Source: Macrostomum lignano (lineage: Eukaryota). Taken from it: 64,000 nucleotides of DNA. Numbering within the stretch: the stretch's first letter is position 1; every line of letters begins with the position of its first letter. The position numbers were made by a program, and so were the translations under genes. The notes under the pieces are model-generated. The model was given only the letters and a program-made list of their open reading frames with translations, was not told the DNA's origin and did no database searches. The DNA lies in assembly GCA_002269645.1 (NCBI GenBank), contig NIVC01000313.1, positions 1 through 64,000 of the forward strand, given 5' to 3'. This document shows positions 1 to 13,224 of this stretch, piece after piece.

Positions 1-1080
1 GGCGCTTAAAGGACCACAAAAGTGTGACTCTGTATATTTTCGACAGCTAAAGCAAACGGCTACGGTTTGTAGAAATGGCTATCCGCTTACCTGGCAGTAC
101 TGGAACCACAGTATTTTTCATTTTGTAGACGCTCAAATAATCTTTGCCACCACAAGATTTTGCGGCGTCTCCCGGACACCTAAGATCGCAAAGAAACTCA
201 TCCATCAGATTTGATGTGATTTGGTTTCCGCAGTAACAACTTTCTTTTTGTACACCAAAATATTTTTTACTACTTTTTTCACACTCCGATGCGCATAGAT
301 ACGGCTTCATGCTGGAGTCTTTAGCGACGAATCGGTTTAAAGCTTGCGTATGCTTAGAATGGAAATAACAACCCTTGTAGTATTCTTCTGAAATGGGTTG
401 GTAACGAGTTCAATTTTGATTGTTAGAAAACGTACCAGCAGGTTTAGAGAATTAATAGATACTTACTTTTCAGATCTGAAATTAAGTATGGAGCTCTGTA
501 ATTGTTTGTAAAATCTATATATTTAAAATACCGGTGCTCAGAAGTAAAACACAAAGTCAAAATAAAAATCAGACGCATAGTCAGAATTTTTTCACGCGGG
601 ATACAACTGGTGAGACTACTGATTATTAGTACTGCTTAAGGTAACTTTCATTAAAATTAAGATGTATGAGTACTACAATATAATACAGGGTGGCCCACGC
701 AACGCGCCAATTTTGTCAACATTTTTGCGAATGACACAAGTTATTAACGTTTTACTTTGAATCGCGCGTTACGTGGGCCACCCTGTATAATATACAATAT
801 ATAATAACTGCAAAGCTAATGCTAAAATAATTGATAAAAAACTTAACTTTGCAAAATTACCTTCACTTAGTAGCTAATCTAGCAAATAAATACCCATTTT
901 GCATTGGAATGACGAGTAGACACTTACCGTAGTGGCCTGAAAATTAAAGGCAGAGCCAGTTTAATTCTAATGCATAGCTTCATAAAATAAAATCCATACT
1001 AGTCTAGATAAAAGAGACTTACCTCCGAAGACGCTTGAACTCGCAGCAAAAAGGAGCAGAGCAAGAGTTGAGAACTGCAT
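1..1080 (-). CDS. Secreted WSC-domain protein, paralog A (multi-exon, 3' end off the left edge)
   Basis: Exons 1080-1023 (signal peptide MQFSTLALLLFAASSSVFG), 936-928, 475-467, 387-91 and 4-<1, all with GT-AG boundaries in phase 1. The 387-91 exon encodes YKGC...CASEC...YFGVQKESCYCGN...CDLRCPGDAAKSCGG, the WSC cysteine pattern. Confidence 0.8.
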
Positions 1081-2251
1081 TATTGCTTTTTTGCTTCGAG
1101 AGTTTGTTTTACTAGACTTCTCTGCGATCGTCGAAAACTTGATTCGGCAGCCTCGAGCCTCTCTCTTTTATCGAGCTAGATATTCTTGAAATTCTTGAAA
1201 TATTCCAATTTGAAAGTTTTCAAGTTAAAATTTTTATTGTAATTTTAACTTTCAGTTCGCATGGATTTAAAATGAATTCAATTAATTGGAATTTAAACTT
1301 GAATTCCATTCCTAGACATAGTTTCACTTGAATTTTTTATCGACAGCAAACATTTGCAACTTCGGAATAATTATCTCATTCATTTTATTTTTATCTGTAA
1401 ACTGCTTACGCAAAAAAATTTGATAACTAAGTATTATGTCATCGTTATTAAGAAAAGGCATTCCGATGAAAAAATGCCTTAATTACGGCATTGATGCCTT
1501 AATGGCAGAAGTAGCAGATGACACTAGCTTGTACAAGACATAGTACTTGCGCTTGTTTTAGCAACAAATTTTCTTGAGCTTTTTGGCAATGAAAGATAAT
1601 ATAGCCAGCCCATAGTTGAAGCATGAAGTGGAAATTCTATTTCAAAATTATGCTAATTGAAGTGCTGAAGATTTATTTAGCTACTAGGGCCCGTGCACTG
1701 CCACCTAAGCAAGTGGTAGCTCGTATCGGTTTGGTAATGGGTTACAGATCAGCTGTTTCTCAAGATACAAAACAGATTTACCTTACAATAAATTTTGGCT
1801 TAAAAACCCTGTAGGCTGTAAATAACTTTCAAAGCTTGAATAAAGAATTCAGCTTGCAAAGATGGAAGGAGAAAGGCCTTCCAGGCGCAGGAGGTACTTT
1901 GCTGTCGACTAAGCCCCGAGTGCTCGTCTGTCTTCGCAAGCTACTCAGCTGCACCTCCTGCACCGGCTGTGAGCAGAAAGTCTCCAGAGCAGGCGTAAGG
2001 GCCACTAGCAGTAAATATCGCGGTGTATCGTCAACCCGCAGAAAAGGTGTATCGAATCAAGGTCCTGCGCATATGCGAATGCGTTACAGCCACTTGGGCT
2101 ACTAAGTCGTATACTGTTGAGGTTGAGGGTCGACGTATTTTGCACGACATCGAACTGACCTCGAAATTTTTTTCGGCGTAACGATGTCGTAATTGGGACT
2201 TCCTTTCGTCGTTTTTTCGCCTTTTCGACTTAGTTTTGACCTAAATTCAAT

Positions 2252-2780
2252 TCTTGACTTCCTTGACTCAGCTGCATGGGATTCCGGGCATCCAGATTTA
2301 GCGAGGAAGCGTTGCCGCCTATTTCGCTAACCCATAGCGTCATAGCGATCACAGGCAGCGAGTGCTGCGGTGTCGCGCAGGGAGTTCCGGTGGTGCCGGT
2401 GTCCGCAGCGCGGTCCCCCTCCGGAGAGCCCAAGAGGTGAATGGACGCTCGCACGGTAGCCCTCAGGGTTACGAGCTGGCAGAGATTCTCGGGCCTGAAA
2501 ACTTTGGAGAGGTCCGGGTTTGGGCCGAGGTAGACGAGTGAAGGCAGGGCATTCATAGATGAAGTGCTCCGCATTCTCGCCACCGGAGAGCTGCAAAATG
2601 GGCGTTCCTCACTGCGGATTTTTCCCCTGGAGGTGGCGATGCCTGGCAAAACAGCTATGACCCGAGAGAGCCATGGTCACCGCCCTGAAGTCCTTTCGGT
2701 TGAGTCCCTGGTGGAGAAAGGACAGGGGGCAGCCACGTGGGATTTTCTGCAGTCAGGCGTTAGTCGAGCGTTAGTCCACC
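2252..2780 (-). mobile_element. 3' fragment of LOA/R1-like non-LTR retrotransposon
   Basis: Minus strand reads [20 protein letters not shown]...[17 protein letters not shown] (C-terminal CCHC-type motif), followed by an AAGTC-like tail. Similar to 40279-40700. Confidence 0.6.
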
Positions 2781-2829
2781 TCTCTCTGTGCTTTGAAGCA
2801 ATCCACTGGTTGATCAGACTCGAATGTGC

Positions 2830-3480
2830 AGAACAAGGTGAGTCGACTGGCTGACGAGGGGAAGCGCGTGGGGCTCCACATCAACTACGGCGAGACAGAG
2901 GTGCTGCATGTTGGCATTGCCAACTCTCCGGACGGCAACACCATCGCCCCGTGCAATCAGTTCAAATATCTGGGCCACTGATTCGGATGCCATTGTCAAC
3001 AACCGCAAGCAGCTCGCGTGGCGGGCCTCCCACCTTCTCCGCCCCATCTTCAACTGCCGGCTCGCCACCGACAGCCTGAAAGTCGGCCTATTTCGCTCGG
3101 CAGTTGAGACGGTGCTGACGAACGGGCTGGAAGCCGTCCCCATGACTGCCACTCGTGAGCCTGCCATTGCCAGTTCCTGCGCATTGCACTAGGCATCCGG
3201 TGAACAACTCTGCAAAAGCGACGCCAGATGTTGATCGACCACTGCCTGCGTGGCCACACACGGGGCACTGGGCCCTCGCTCGCCGACCTACTGCTCAGCC
3301 CGCCTTGTGGAAGACAAGGCAAGGCAAGACAAGCCGGGGGCCACGCTCGCTGCACCACTCTGACTGACACTTTTCTCTCGGACTTGCAGGCTATGGGCCT
3401 TACTCTCAGTCTGCAGCTAGGCTGGACTCAGCTGTTTGCCGCCAGCGGGTGCCTCGATGAACCTGGACTAGCGCCTGTTT
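2830..3480 (+). mobile_element. 5'-truncated RTE-like LINE fragment
   Basis: Reads [13 protein letters not shown]...CNQFKYLG (end of RT domain). Its 3' region (CTGCAGCTAGGCTGGACTCAGCTG) recurs near 30290-30330 on the opposite strand. Confidence 0.55.
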
Positions 3481-3989
3481 AATATAGCTTTTTGCAAGCC
3501 ATTTGAAATTAGGAGCAAGCAATTTAATAATCAGTGGGGAAACCCAGCGCTGAATGATAGATTTCACTGTACTCTATGGTCCAAACCATGGGCTTTGGAG
3601 CAACCAATTTAATAATCCTTAAACACCACACCCCAAGGATAGGAAGGCGGACGCAAGCGTTTGCGAAAATATAGTAGCGTGACAGTTCGAAAAGACACGA
3701 CGGTCCAAATTCCGAAAAAGGTGGAAGAAAATGAAGACGAGGGGGTGCGCAGGGTGGCTGGGGGATACGCTTGCAAACAAAGAGTAAAATAGACAGACAT
3801 AAAAACAGTACTCACTCAATAAAACAACAGTCATCATTGCAAACAAACGAAAAAAAATAAAAGGAAGAAATCAGAAACGCACGAGTTGAGAAAAACAAAA
3901 GTCTGTGCATTTGAGTTCAAGCCAGCAAAAAAGAGAGCAGACGACAAACCAACTGCTTCCAGGATTAAGGTTAAAGGAATAATTACAGG

Positions 3990-4990
3990 CATTGAGACAG
4001 TTTGCTAGCAGCCGCCAGCTGGAGGTCGAAGCCGTTCTCCAGCCCCAGGTACACCTAAACCGCCGAGCTCCGCCAGTAGCCAAGGGCCTTGACGACCGGC
4101 AGCGGCACATTGGCGCGGAACGCCAGCGAGGCACCGCTGCGTCGAAGGCTGTGAGGAGACAGACCGGTCTGCCAGGCCGGCACGGTGGACCACGTGGCGA
4201 AACAGGCAACAGAACCGGGTGCCGGTCAGAGGCGTCAGGCTGCTTCGGTAGGCGAAGAGGTGGGCAGCAGCGGCGCGGTCGGGCTGTTTGATGCGCAGGT
4301 GGTGAAGCAGCGCTGCCACCGGACAGAGCGGATGCTGCGCCGCGTGCCGGAGTCGCGGCAGGACCACGCGGTGCACTCACTGGCAGAACTGATTTGTCTT
4401 GGAGCGCCAAATGTGCAGGAAGGCCAGATCCGGTGATACTTGCATGTCGTCGCAGGTGACCGCCTCGCCAGCTGGTGGGAACGGCATCAGACAGCACAGG
4501 TTAACGCGGCGCGAGAGGCCCCAGAATCCGCCCAGGACCGCCGCCCAGAAGGCTGCATCTTGAGGCTGCTGCAGACGCAGGGTTCCTCACATTTTGAGGA
4601 GGTCACTCTGAGTGATGCGCACCTTGCGTGCGGGCGGCTTGGCGAGTTTGGCGATGAGCTCTTATTGCTGGCGCTGACTGCGGCTGAATGCAGGGCCGTG
4701 AGCCTTGATGTGCAGCGGCTCGATCTCGGTCGAGTCGCGGCGCCAGCCCATGATAGCCAGCTGGTTGTGTCTGGGCCGCGGATGATGCCGCAGCCGCTCC
4801 AGTTCGACGCGTCGGACTCGATGGCCCAGCTGGGCCCGGTGGGACGCCAGATTTTGCAGATCTTGGGGTCGTATATGATGGTTTCCGGAGTAAGTGACGG
4901 TGGCATCGAGAAGCTATCAACGGAATCGGACTACCAGATTTTTGGTCAATATCGTTGGTAAAGACAAACTGGGGCGTAACTGGGCTGCCC
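3990..4990 (-). mobile_element. Degenerate Ngaro/DIRS-like tyrosine-recombinase retrotransposon (RNase H + YR remnants)
   Basis: RNase H motif IESDASNWSGCG, then YR motifs AFWAAVLGGFWGLSR, RSKTNQF, LCPVAAL and SLRRSGASLAF...LGYWRSSAV*VYL, broken by stops and frameshifts. Confidence 0.75.
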
Positions 4991-5194
4991 GTCCACGATT
5001 CCACTTCGAGGACAACCAAGGAGAAGAAAGGGAAGACACTGAGGCTTTTTGATTTAGCTAACTCTTGAGAATGACCTAGCTCCGTGTAACTTGCAAACGG
5101 AAAAATCTATGATAGTTATCAGTCTTCTGGTTTTATCAAAAAATTCGCATCTCAGCAGTAGTTTAAACAGCAGCAGCAGCAGAGTACGCTGCCG

Positions 5195-5410
5195 GATCGC
5201 AAAAGCAACGTCAGATGGCACGCTTCGAAGCTTGGGCGCGAACAAAGGCCGCACCGCCGGCAGAGTCCGGGGCGCCGGCGTCAGCCAGCAGACAGTCGAC
5301 GTAGCGCCGTGTCCTCGCTTGTCCCCCCGGTAGGGTGCCTGCAACGTAAGTAGCAGCACCTCCTGCACCGGCTCCGGACAGTAGGCCTCGGCGCGGATGA
5401 CGCCGAATTG
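5195..5410 (-). mobile_element. RTE-like LINE 3'-end fragment
   Basis: Clear reverse-complement similarity to 29570-29735, the 3' end of the RTE-like copy. Confidence 0.55.
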
Positions 5411-5850
5411 TCATCCGAAGTTGTTTAAGTAGTTTAAAACAACAATAAAAACGTCTAAAACAATATACACTTATCTACCAGAGCGTTGTAGAGTATCATA
5501 AAATGCTACTGCGAGTAGACTAATGTGAACGGCGTAGCAAAACTACGAGCGTATGATGGAAGATGAATCATGTTGCGACTTAAGATGAAAGATGAGTTAT
5601 TTTACAACTTATGATGAAATATGAGTCATGTTACTAATAACATATCAAAAATTGTCTATAAATACAAACCAAAAATCCGAGCTGAAATCTCAGACTCAGA
5701 GCAGCCTCAAAAGATCTTGTGCTTTGCCAGAGCAACTAATCGAGGCTATATCTCTGAGAGATAATATTATCAATTGATAAGCGTTGTTCAAGTCTTTGTT
5801 ATTTCGATTAATTGAGAGCGATTTTATTGCCGGTTGTTATTGTCCAATTT

Positions 5851-6072
5851 GACTTCTGCACTCGAGGAATAAATTGACTTCTGCACTCGAGGAATACATT
5901 GACTTCTGCACTCGAGGAATAAATTGACTTCTGCACTCGAGGAATACATTGACTTCTGCACTCGAGGAATACATTGACTTCTGCACTCGAGGAATACATT
6001 GACTTCTGCACTCGAGGAATACATTGACTTCTGCACTCGAGGAATACATTGACTTCTGCACTCGAGGAATAC
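5851..6072. repeat. 25-bp minisatellite (GACTTCTGCACTCGAGGAATACATT), about 9 copies
   Basis: Head-to-tail units at 25-nt spacing with no spacers. Confidence 0.95.
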
Positions 6073-6989
6073 TTCGACGGAGTGTTACACTCTCACATTC
6101 GGCCGATTTTGGACTTCAAGGACTTCAAGAGGACTACTCCGGAGGAAGCGGACTTAAGAAGATGAGCTCAGTAGACACGCGCGACAAAGAAGAGGAGCCC
6201 GCAACAGTAAGTGATCACTGATTTTGTTCCCAGGCTTACGTGTCTGGAAGTGGGAGTTTTCGGGTGACTGATCACCACTCGACCAAACTCTTCAGCGTGT
6301 TTAAACTCATCTAAGCTTTTAAGCTTCAAATTATAGATAAAAATCTGTTGTCTGTGCTTTATCCTCATAAAATTGCGCGAAGGGTCTACGATTGAGGTGC
6401 AACAGAATCTATAGGACTGTGCTCTATTGGAAAAATGTTTTGTTTGCATTGTAATTTGATGTAGCCCAGGAGCAGGCAAACTTTTTTTAACTTAAGGGAC
6501 ATACATAAAATCTAGCGCATGTCTGCGGCCCAGAGAGAGAAGTTTTGAGAAGAGGGGAGAGGAAAGGAGAGAGGAGGGGAGAGAGGAGGCGAGAGAGGAG
6601 AGCTGAGAAGAGACCACTACAACAGGCCGCATTGATTATTGTGAAGTTGTGAAGTTTCAATGGATCCGAGGGCCGGATAGAGAGGCTTCGTGGAGTGCAT
6701 GTGGCCCACTAGCCGGAGTTTTGCGACCCCTGATGTAGACGGTGCGGAGGGCAAGGTGGTAAATTGGCCGAGGATTTATTAGCCAATAAGTTTGAACTGT
6801 CTGGCCAATTACAATAAAAATGAAAATGTATTTGAATTGAGCAAAAATTAGAATCAGAATTCAGAATTTGCACGCAGCGGTTTTTTATTTGCTGCGCCAA
6901 ATAAAAAAAGAAAATTCAAGCGGCTTTGATGAATAGCTGCAGTCAGTCTCCTATGGCTCGTATTAGCCAAAATTTATCACTTTGTTTTC

Positions 6990-8150
6990 CCCAGTTAAAA
7001 GCCACAGTGGAATTTAGATGCTGCATTCTTCCACGAGCCTGGGCAGAGGTGCTCCTCCCAACTTCTGTTGAAGGTCTCCAGCCATCTCTCAAGACACTGA
7101 TCTGGCAGGTTTTTTATGAAGCGCACTTCGATACCCTCCACAACGCCCTTCATGTCCGTGGCCATTTGTTCGAGAGCGTCGTTTAGCTCTTCCTTGACGA
7201 ACGGCACGCTAAATTCGGCTGCTTCGTTGTAGTCACTGAGACCCTTGGCCACCCGCCCTCGAAGCATCCTATCCTCTTTACCGATCTTGACTTTGCTGTT
7301 ACTAGCGTACATCTCCACAAACAGTTCCTTCACAACAATCTCATTCGAAATGTTTTCCTCTTTTACTGAGTGCAGCACCTTGATCGTCCTCCAGGTGCTC
7401 TTGCCAGCATCGCCTTCTTAAGGTTCTTTACGTGTTCTTTCCAGTTCAGCCTCTTTTCTCTGATCGTCGCGGCTAGCTGCTCGTTCGCCGCAATCCATGC
7501 AACTCTCTCTGCTGCTAGCGTCCCTGCGCGTCTAAGCATTCCCCTTTCTCTGAATGTCCGACAGCTCCTCGTCCCAGAACGGCATTTTGCGGTTAGATAA
7601 TTTCTTCCTCGGGACGCACTCTTCGGCTACCTCCAACATCACTTTGCTGAGGCATTTAATCTCCTGCACCACTGATCCCTTGGGGATACCCCGGAACGTT
7701 GCCTCGCACCTCTCCTGAACATAGACTAGTCTGCCTTCTACCAAGCCTACGACAGCCGTTTTCAACTGTCTCTAACTTTACGCTGTGACCACGGTGATGA
7801 TAATAGGGTGGTGGTCAAACTGAGACCGCGAGTGACCTCCCATTGGCAGAGCGTTCCCAAGTTGGAGGCCGGAACAACACCGGTCCTCCAATCAGTATGG
7901 GTTGCTGAACCATCTAGAATCTGGTAATCAAATTCAGCAATCCAACACAGCAGCGCCCTGGATTCTCTGCGATCCACTGCGCTCTGTTCCAGTGCGACTC
8001 TCCTTTCTCCACATTCAGGTTGAGATCTTCCAGAACAATCTCGCGGCTGTCGGGGCGAATCCAGCTCAAAATGTCTTCACTTTCTCTCGCGTCCTCACCT
8101 TGCATGCTCCTGACCAGAGGGAGATACACATTTATTATTGTGATTGTTTA
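6990..8150 (-). mobile_element. Degenerate LINE ORF2 fragment (AP endonuclease to pre-RT region)
   Basis: Fragments EIVLEDLNL (GDFN-like), KMPFWDEELS and ELNDALEQM...GIEVRFIKNLP...LETFNRSWEEHLCPGSWKNA occur in the expected LINE order. Confidence 0.6.
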
Positions 8151-11100
8151 AGTCGATGACGGTTTTCATGCTTTCCGTGACATAACAAAGCCATGCATAC
8201 TATCTATACTGTTACGTAGAGTGAACCAAATTCTGCCCAATTTTTTTCGAACGTCCACCCCTGACTGGACAAGGAGTGCGTCCCGCAACCGGCCATAGGC
8301 CACCCGGCGCCGCGCACCCTTGGGCGTACCAGACTGGCTGTACGAGCTATGCATCTGTCCGCACTTAATACTCGACCGAGTGCCGGACGACCGAGTAAAA
8401 GGGTCGGACCAAATGTTTCTCTGCGATAGTTTGCTGTCTCCCAGGAACAACTAGGCGGTCTTGCTTTGTTGTCATAAGCTAGTTTTACGCTCGTATTGCT
8501 TTTCGTCGCTTTTTGTAAACCTAACAGTAAACATAGCACAGCAAGCAGCATTTCACTTAGCGATTATAAGCGGTTGGATGACCTCCCGGTACGACAGCTT
8601 CGTTTTTGGCCTGCCCTTTAACTTTTAGTTCCTGTGAGTCTTGTTAAACATTGCTTGGAATCTTTTTGTAAGAAGGCAGTCGACCATGCCTGTGACTGAT
8701 CTGTCACCTATGGAGTACACCTGTCGTCGCAGATAAGCTGTCTGAAAATCAAGAACACTGTTTTTAAAACATCTGACAAGCTTACTTTGCTTGCGCACTG
8801 AGTTAGCTCGACAAGTGCAGTACACGTACGTTCATTTGTACGCTCATTCGACTGAATCGTCTATGGCCACACCCAACAAAGAGAAATCATTGAAGTACCC
8901 CCAATGTACTTTTAGGGGTAAAACGCATAGCTGTCAGAGCTGTCAAACGCTTGAGTGAACACGAACAATAGGTCCTGACCTCATAAATTTGATGGCCCTT
9001 CAAAAATGATGAGAAAAAAGCTACCGCCCGCATCTGCTCAGACCATCTGGCGCCAGCCTCAACACTAAGTAGGCGCAGGTGGCTGTCAGACAAGCTCACA
9101 AACAGTGATTTTTGACCCCAAAAGTAGCGAAGACCGCGCCTATGTTATTATGACTACAGGTATGGCAAAAAGATATAGCTACAAAAATCCTACTAATAGG
9201 AATTCTAGGAAAATCACATAAAAAGGAGAGAGCCTGCTGTTAGTAGGCTAACAGGTTCGGAACCCATGCTTGAGAGTGAAATTTGGAAAAAAGTGCATTT
9301 CTCATCATATGCCCCCCCCCTATTTGTGAGTTGATCGCAGATTAACTCAAACAAAGAAGAAAAATGAGCGCAGTTTTGTACTAAATCACAGCTTTCACAT
9401 AAAAAGCTGTGAACTAGAGGCTTTCTACCTGGTAAGCCTCTTGATGGCTTAATTCCTTTGCCGCGGAGTCGACTCGAGCCAGGATGGGCGAGGAGTTTGG
9501 GAAATGCGTTGCACATTCTCCCCTCCCGCCTGTGAAGTCCACGTGCCGGGAGTTTCTGAGATCGATTGGCGGCTGCTGGCGAATGGCGACCCTCAGAGGA
9601 TTAAGGGACCCTCGAATCATCTTCGTTGGCTGGCTGAGACGCTGCTGGGGGAGAATAGCATCTACCACCCCGAGTTTCAGAAGAATAAAGACGACTGACA
9701 CAGCCATCCACTCATGTCATCCACAATCTATCATTCTCGCCTTCGAATCTCGCAACAACATCTCGTTCGCCAGCCCGCGCCTCGCCACTTTCGCCGACTT
9801 TGCACCTCCCGATCTCCAATCGATAAGTCTCCTTTCGGCTTTGTGATTTTGTGATAATCTACCGTCCACTCCAATCAATTAGATAATCCCTGACCCATCC
9901 CACAATCCCAGCAACCTTCAGGGTACACTCCCTTCTACTCATTCGTCATTCAGTGCAGTACAGAATAGATATTTTAACATACAGTAGATCATTGGTAGAG
10001 TTTCAGAACAGAGGCCGAATAATTTTTGGACATCAGTGTTTTATTATAAAAGTTCTTTCGAATGTTTCTGTCTTTATAACTCCGCTTGAATCGCATTCTT
10101 TCTCAATTTAATTCACGCAATCATCCTATTTTGTTTTGCACTCAATATTACTACATGTCAGTAGTATCTCACGGCCACGAAATTCAACTTAGATTTGTCA
10201 TTTCGAGAGCAATTAAAGATTTGGAGAATTTCGTATCAATTCAGGTTGACCGCCTAAACTTATTTAAAACTTCACTAATTTAGCCTAGATCTCTTTCTTC
10301 GCTTCAGCGAAGATATAGTAATGCGGGAAAACCGATTATTTCAATTCCGACCAAGCGTGCATTTTAATTATTGGGAAAAATATTCACAATAAATTAGACA
10401 AGCAGGCAAGTATTTACACATAATCAAGCACCGCACCTATTTTCGCCTCACGATTTGGAAAGGTAAAAAAGAGCAAATATGCAGAACGACTACTAGTAGG
10501 AGGATAAATAGCAAAGCACAACAAGTAGTATGTACGCAGAAAAATAAGCTTTTGAGTATATGCGCATAAATAAATAGGAACACAACACATAACGGTAAAT
10601 AGGAGTACGCAAGCTTCATAGTATCACAACATTTATTCATCAATATAGATACTCAAAAACACCTTTTCAAAGCACCAGGGGGAAACTGTGGGGCATTTAC
10701 AGGGGTCTCGATCAAGCATACTCCTTATAGCTAGTAATAGAAATAGCAAATTTTCCTTAATACTGAGAAAATCCCGAAATGGATGTAACGAATTGATGAC
10801 AGCGATTAAGATTAAAATAACCCTACAACAGATTTGGAGGCATCTGTAGGACTCGAACAGGCAGGAAAATTGGAACTATTACAACCTGATGAAAGCGGTG
10901 GGATAATCAACTCAAAAGAGCACCCAAGAACGTTCAACTATTGCACAAACAACGCTCTGTAGACGCAGAGCTGGACGCTGAAGCAAGAAACATACGAGCC
11001 ATACGAGCGGATCTGCTTGTGCAGAGTTTTTATGGTTTAGCATGCATAAACTGACGGCTAATATAAGTTCAGCGGATAGTACAGCCGCAACAAGATATAA

Positions 11101-11860
11101 AACAATTAACCAACTAACAAGCCACATTTAGAAGCTGTTGCAGCGTTTAAATTCTGTTTCTGCAGGTAAAATGTCAAGGAAGCATTTTGCAGCAACATTT
11201 ATCAAGGCAGGTGCACTCAGAATTATTTGCACTCAGCTAGTTAGGAATGTCTTTTCTGTTTTTAAACGATTAGGTCTGAAGGGACCCTCGGGTCAGCCCG
11301 GGCTTATAATATATCAGCGAAAATATTGGATTAGCAAAGAATAAAAAGATTGTGAATTCGAAATGAGGTTTTGGTGTGTGCATTTGGGTGATAAAATACT
11401 CGCACTGGTTCATAGAGGGGAAACCAGAATAAAGAGGGGGTCCTCAAGGGGGTATATTGAATATTGGATTATTGGAATGATGAAAAAGTATGTAAAGCAA
11501 GCAGTCGGCGGAACACATTGACAGCAGGAATTACAGGAATCGCAGGAATGTCTTTACAAATTAAAAAGTTTTTATTTTAATTTTTTCTAATTCCATAAAG
11601 GTAGTATTTACCATTTCACTTTTTTTAATTTTCAAAGCACTCAGGGCATTGACAAAACCTCCAAGAAATCGCTCAGAAAAAAATGTAATCCGACCTCCCA
11701 TTCTCTTGGTTGAAACATTCAAATCATTTGAAAACTTTCGAATCCAAAGTCTTTTACGTAAAACAAATTCCAAAAATAAAATTTTAGTGGATACAATTCA
11801 AAATTTAATAATTGTTTAACAGTCTATTGTGCTCATTACGAGCTAATAGCTACATGTAGA

Positions 11861-13065
11861 GGGGCGCTTTCATTAGGCCGAAATTTCACTTCGCCGAAAA
11901 GCAGCCTCTTTCACTAGGCCGAAATTTCACTAGGCCGAAACTTCACTTTGCCGAAAAATCATTTTAGCAGCCTCTTTCACTAGGCCGAAACTTCACTTTG
12001 CCGAAAAATCATTTCAGCAGCCTCTTTCACTAGGCCGAAACTTCACTTTGCCGAAAAATCATTTCAGCTGCCTCTTTCACTAGGCCGAAACTTCACTTTG
12101 CCGAAAAATCATTTTAGCAGCCTCTTTCACTAGGCCGAAACTTCACTTTGCCGAAAAATCATTTTAGCAGCATCCTTCTTACTAATGGTCGAAAGGGTGT
12201 GCACTTTAAGACTCCAAAATGGAACCGCAAGCAAGCAGTGGCGATTTCTCTGCACCAGTTTCTTTATTTTGACCTAAGCGTTACTGCTACTAAAGTGGGA
12301 GCACGATATTGTCACTCAGTTTTTGTATGGAATATTTTCGACGTTCCATAATTACTTCATTTTTAGGGTTAACTTTGATTGCTTATTTCCATTGCATTTT
12401 TTGTCTCAGTCCGATGGACTTTTTAAGTTGTAGAGTGCTCGTTGTTTTAAGGCTCCTTTGAAAGTATGCAGATTTGCCTAGATTCCGATTCATAGAATAT
12501 GCATAGCTCTTAATCTCTAATTCTCTGGCTTCTGTGAACTGTCAGCATATACGCAAGCAAGATGATTGAAGACATTCACTGAAGACATTTCATTTGTGAA
12601 GACAAATTCCAAAGATGGTAAATTTTTTCAAAGAGATCTTCGATCATTAAAGACTTTCGGAGATGTTTTGGAGTATATTTAAACTGAAAAATATAGTATG
12701 TAACGGTAATAATTTTTAGTTTCATGATACCAGTATTTAGTAGTTTAGTAATTAAAAAAATTAATAGTTCGTATTTCGTATTTTTGAATCGCTATGAGTC
12801 GTTCTAAGTCACTGTTTCCCCATTACGCGATAGTCAGGCCCCCTTAGAATAGTCCGCCCCGTTTCCCTGGCAACTTTAGTCTATTTAGTCAACCTACTCG
12901 GAGATAATCAGGAATAGTACTGCTCAGGCACTGAAACGCTAATGTCTTCTAACTAGTCTAGTCATTTCGGCAATGTGAAGTTTCGGCCTAGTGAAGTTTC
13001 GGCCATATGAAAGAGCATGCTAGTCATTTCGGCAAAGTGAAATTTCGGCCTAGTGAAACCCCCCC
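11861..13065. mobile_element. Non-autonomous TIR DNA transposon (about 1.2 kb) with 8-bp TSD; Merlin- or hAT-like
   Basis: Left end GGGGCGCTTTCATTAGGCCGAAATTTCAC is an imperfect inverted repeat of the right end. TSD CATGTAGA at 11853-11860 and 13066-13073. About 49-nt subterminal tandem repeats at 11920-12170. No transposase ORF. Confidence 0.8.
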
Positions 13066-13224
13066 CATGTAGAAACATTTTAAAATCAAGCAAACTGCAC
13101 ACATGGTAGACACCCACTAAAACACCTGCAACCATGGTAGACACCCACTAAAACACCTGCATACATGACAGAAGCAAGGTACCTTCTGCATCCCAATTAC
13201 AAGCTGAAGCTTGGTAGGTGATTG

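Noticed and set aside
860-880. Extra 18-nt microexon in paralog A
   Set aside because: It would introduce an in-frame TAG, and the donor is not conserved in paralog B.
5808-6072. CRISPR-like array or repetitive ORFs (MQKSMYSSSAEV...)
   Set aside because: Head-to-tail 25-bp units with no unique spacers, no cas genes and a eukaryotic context; the ORFs are repeat artefacts.
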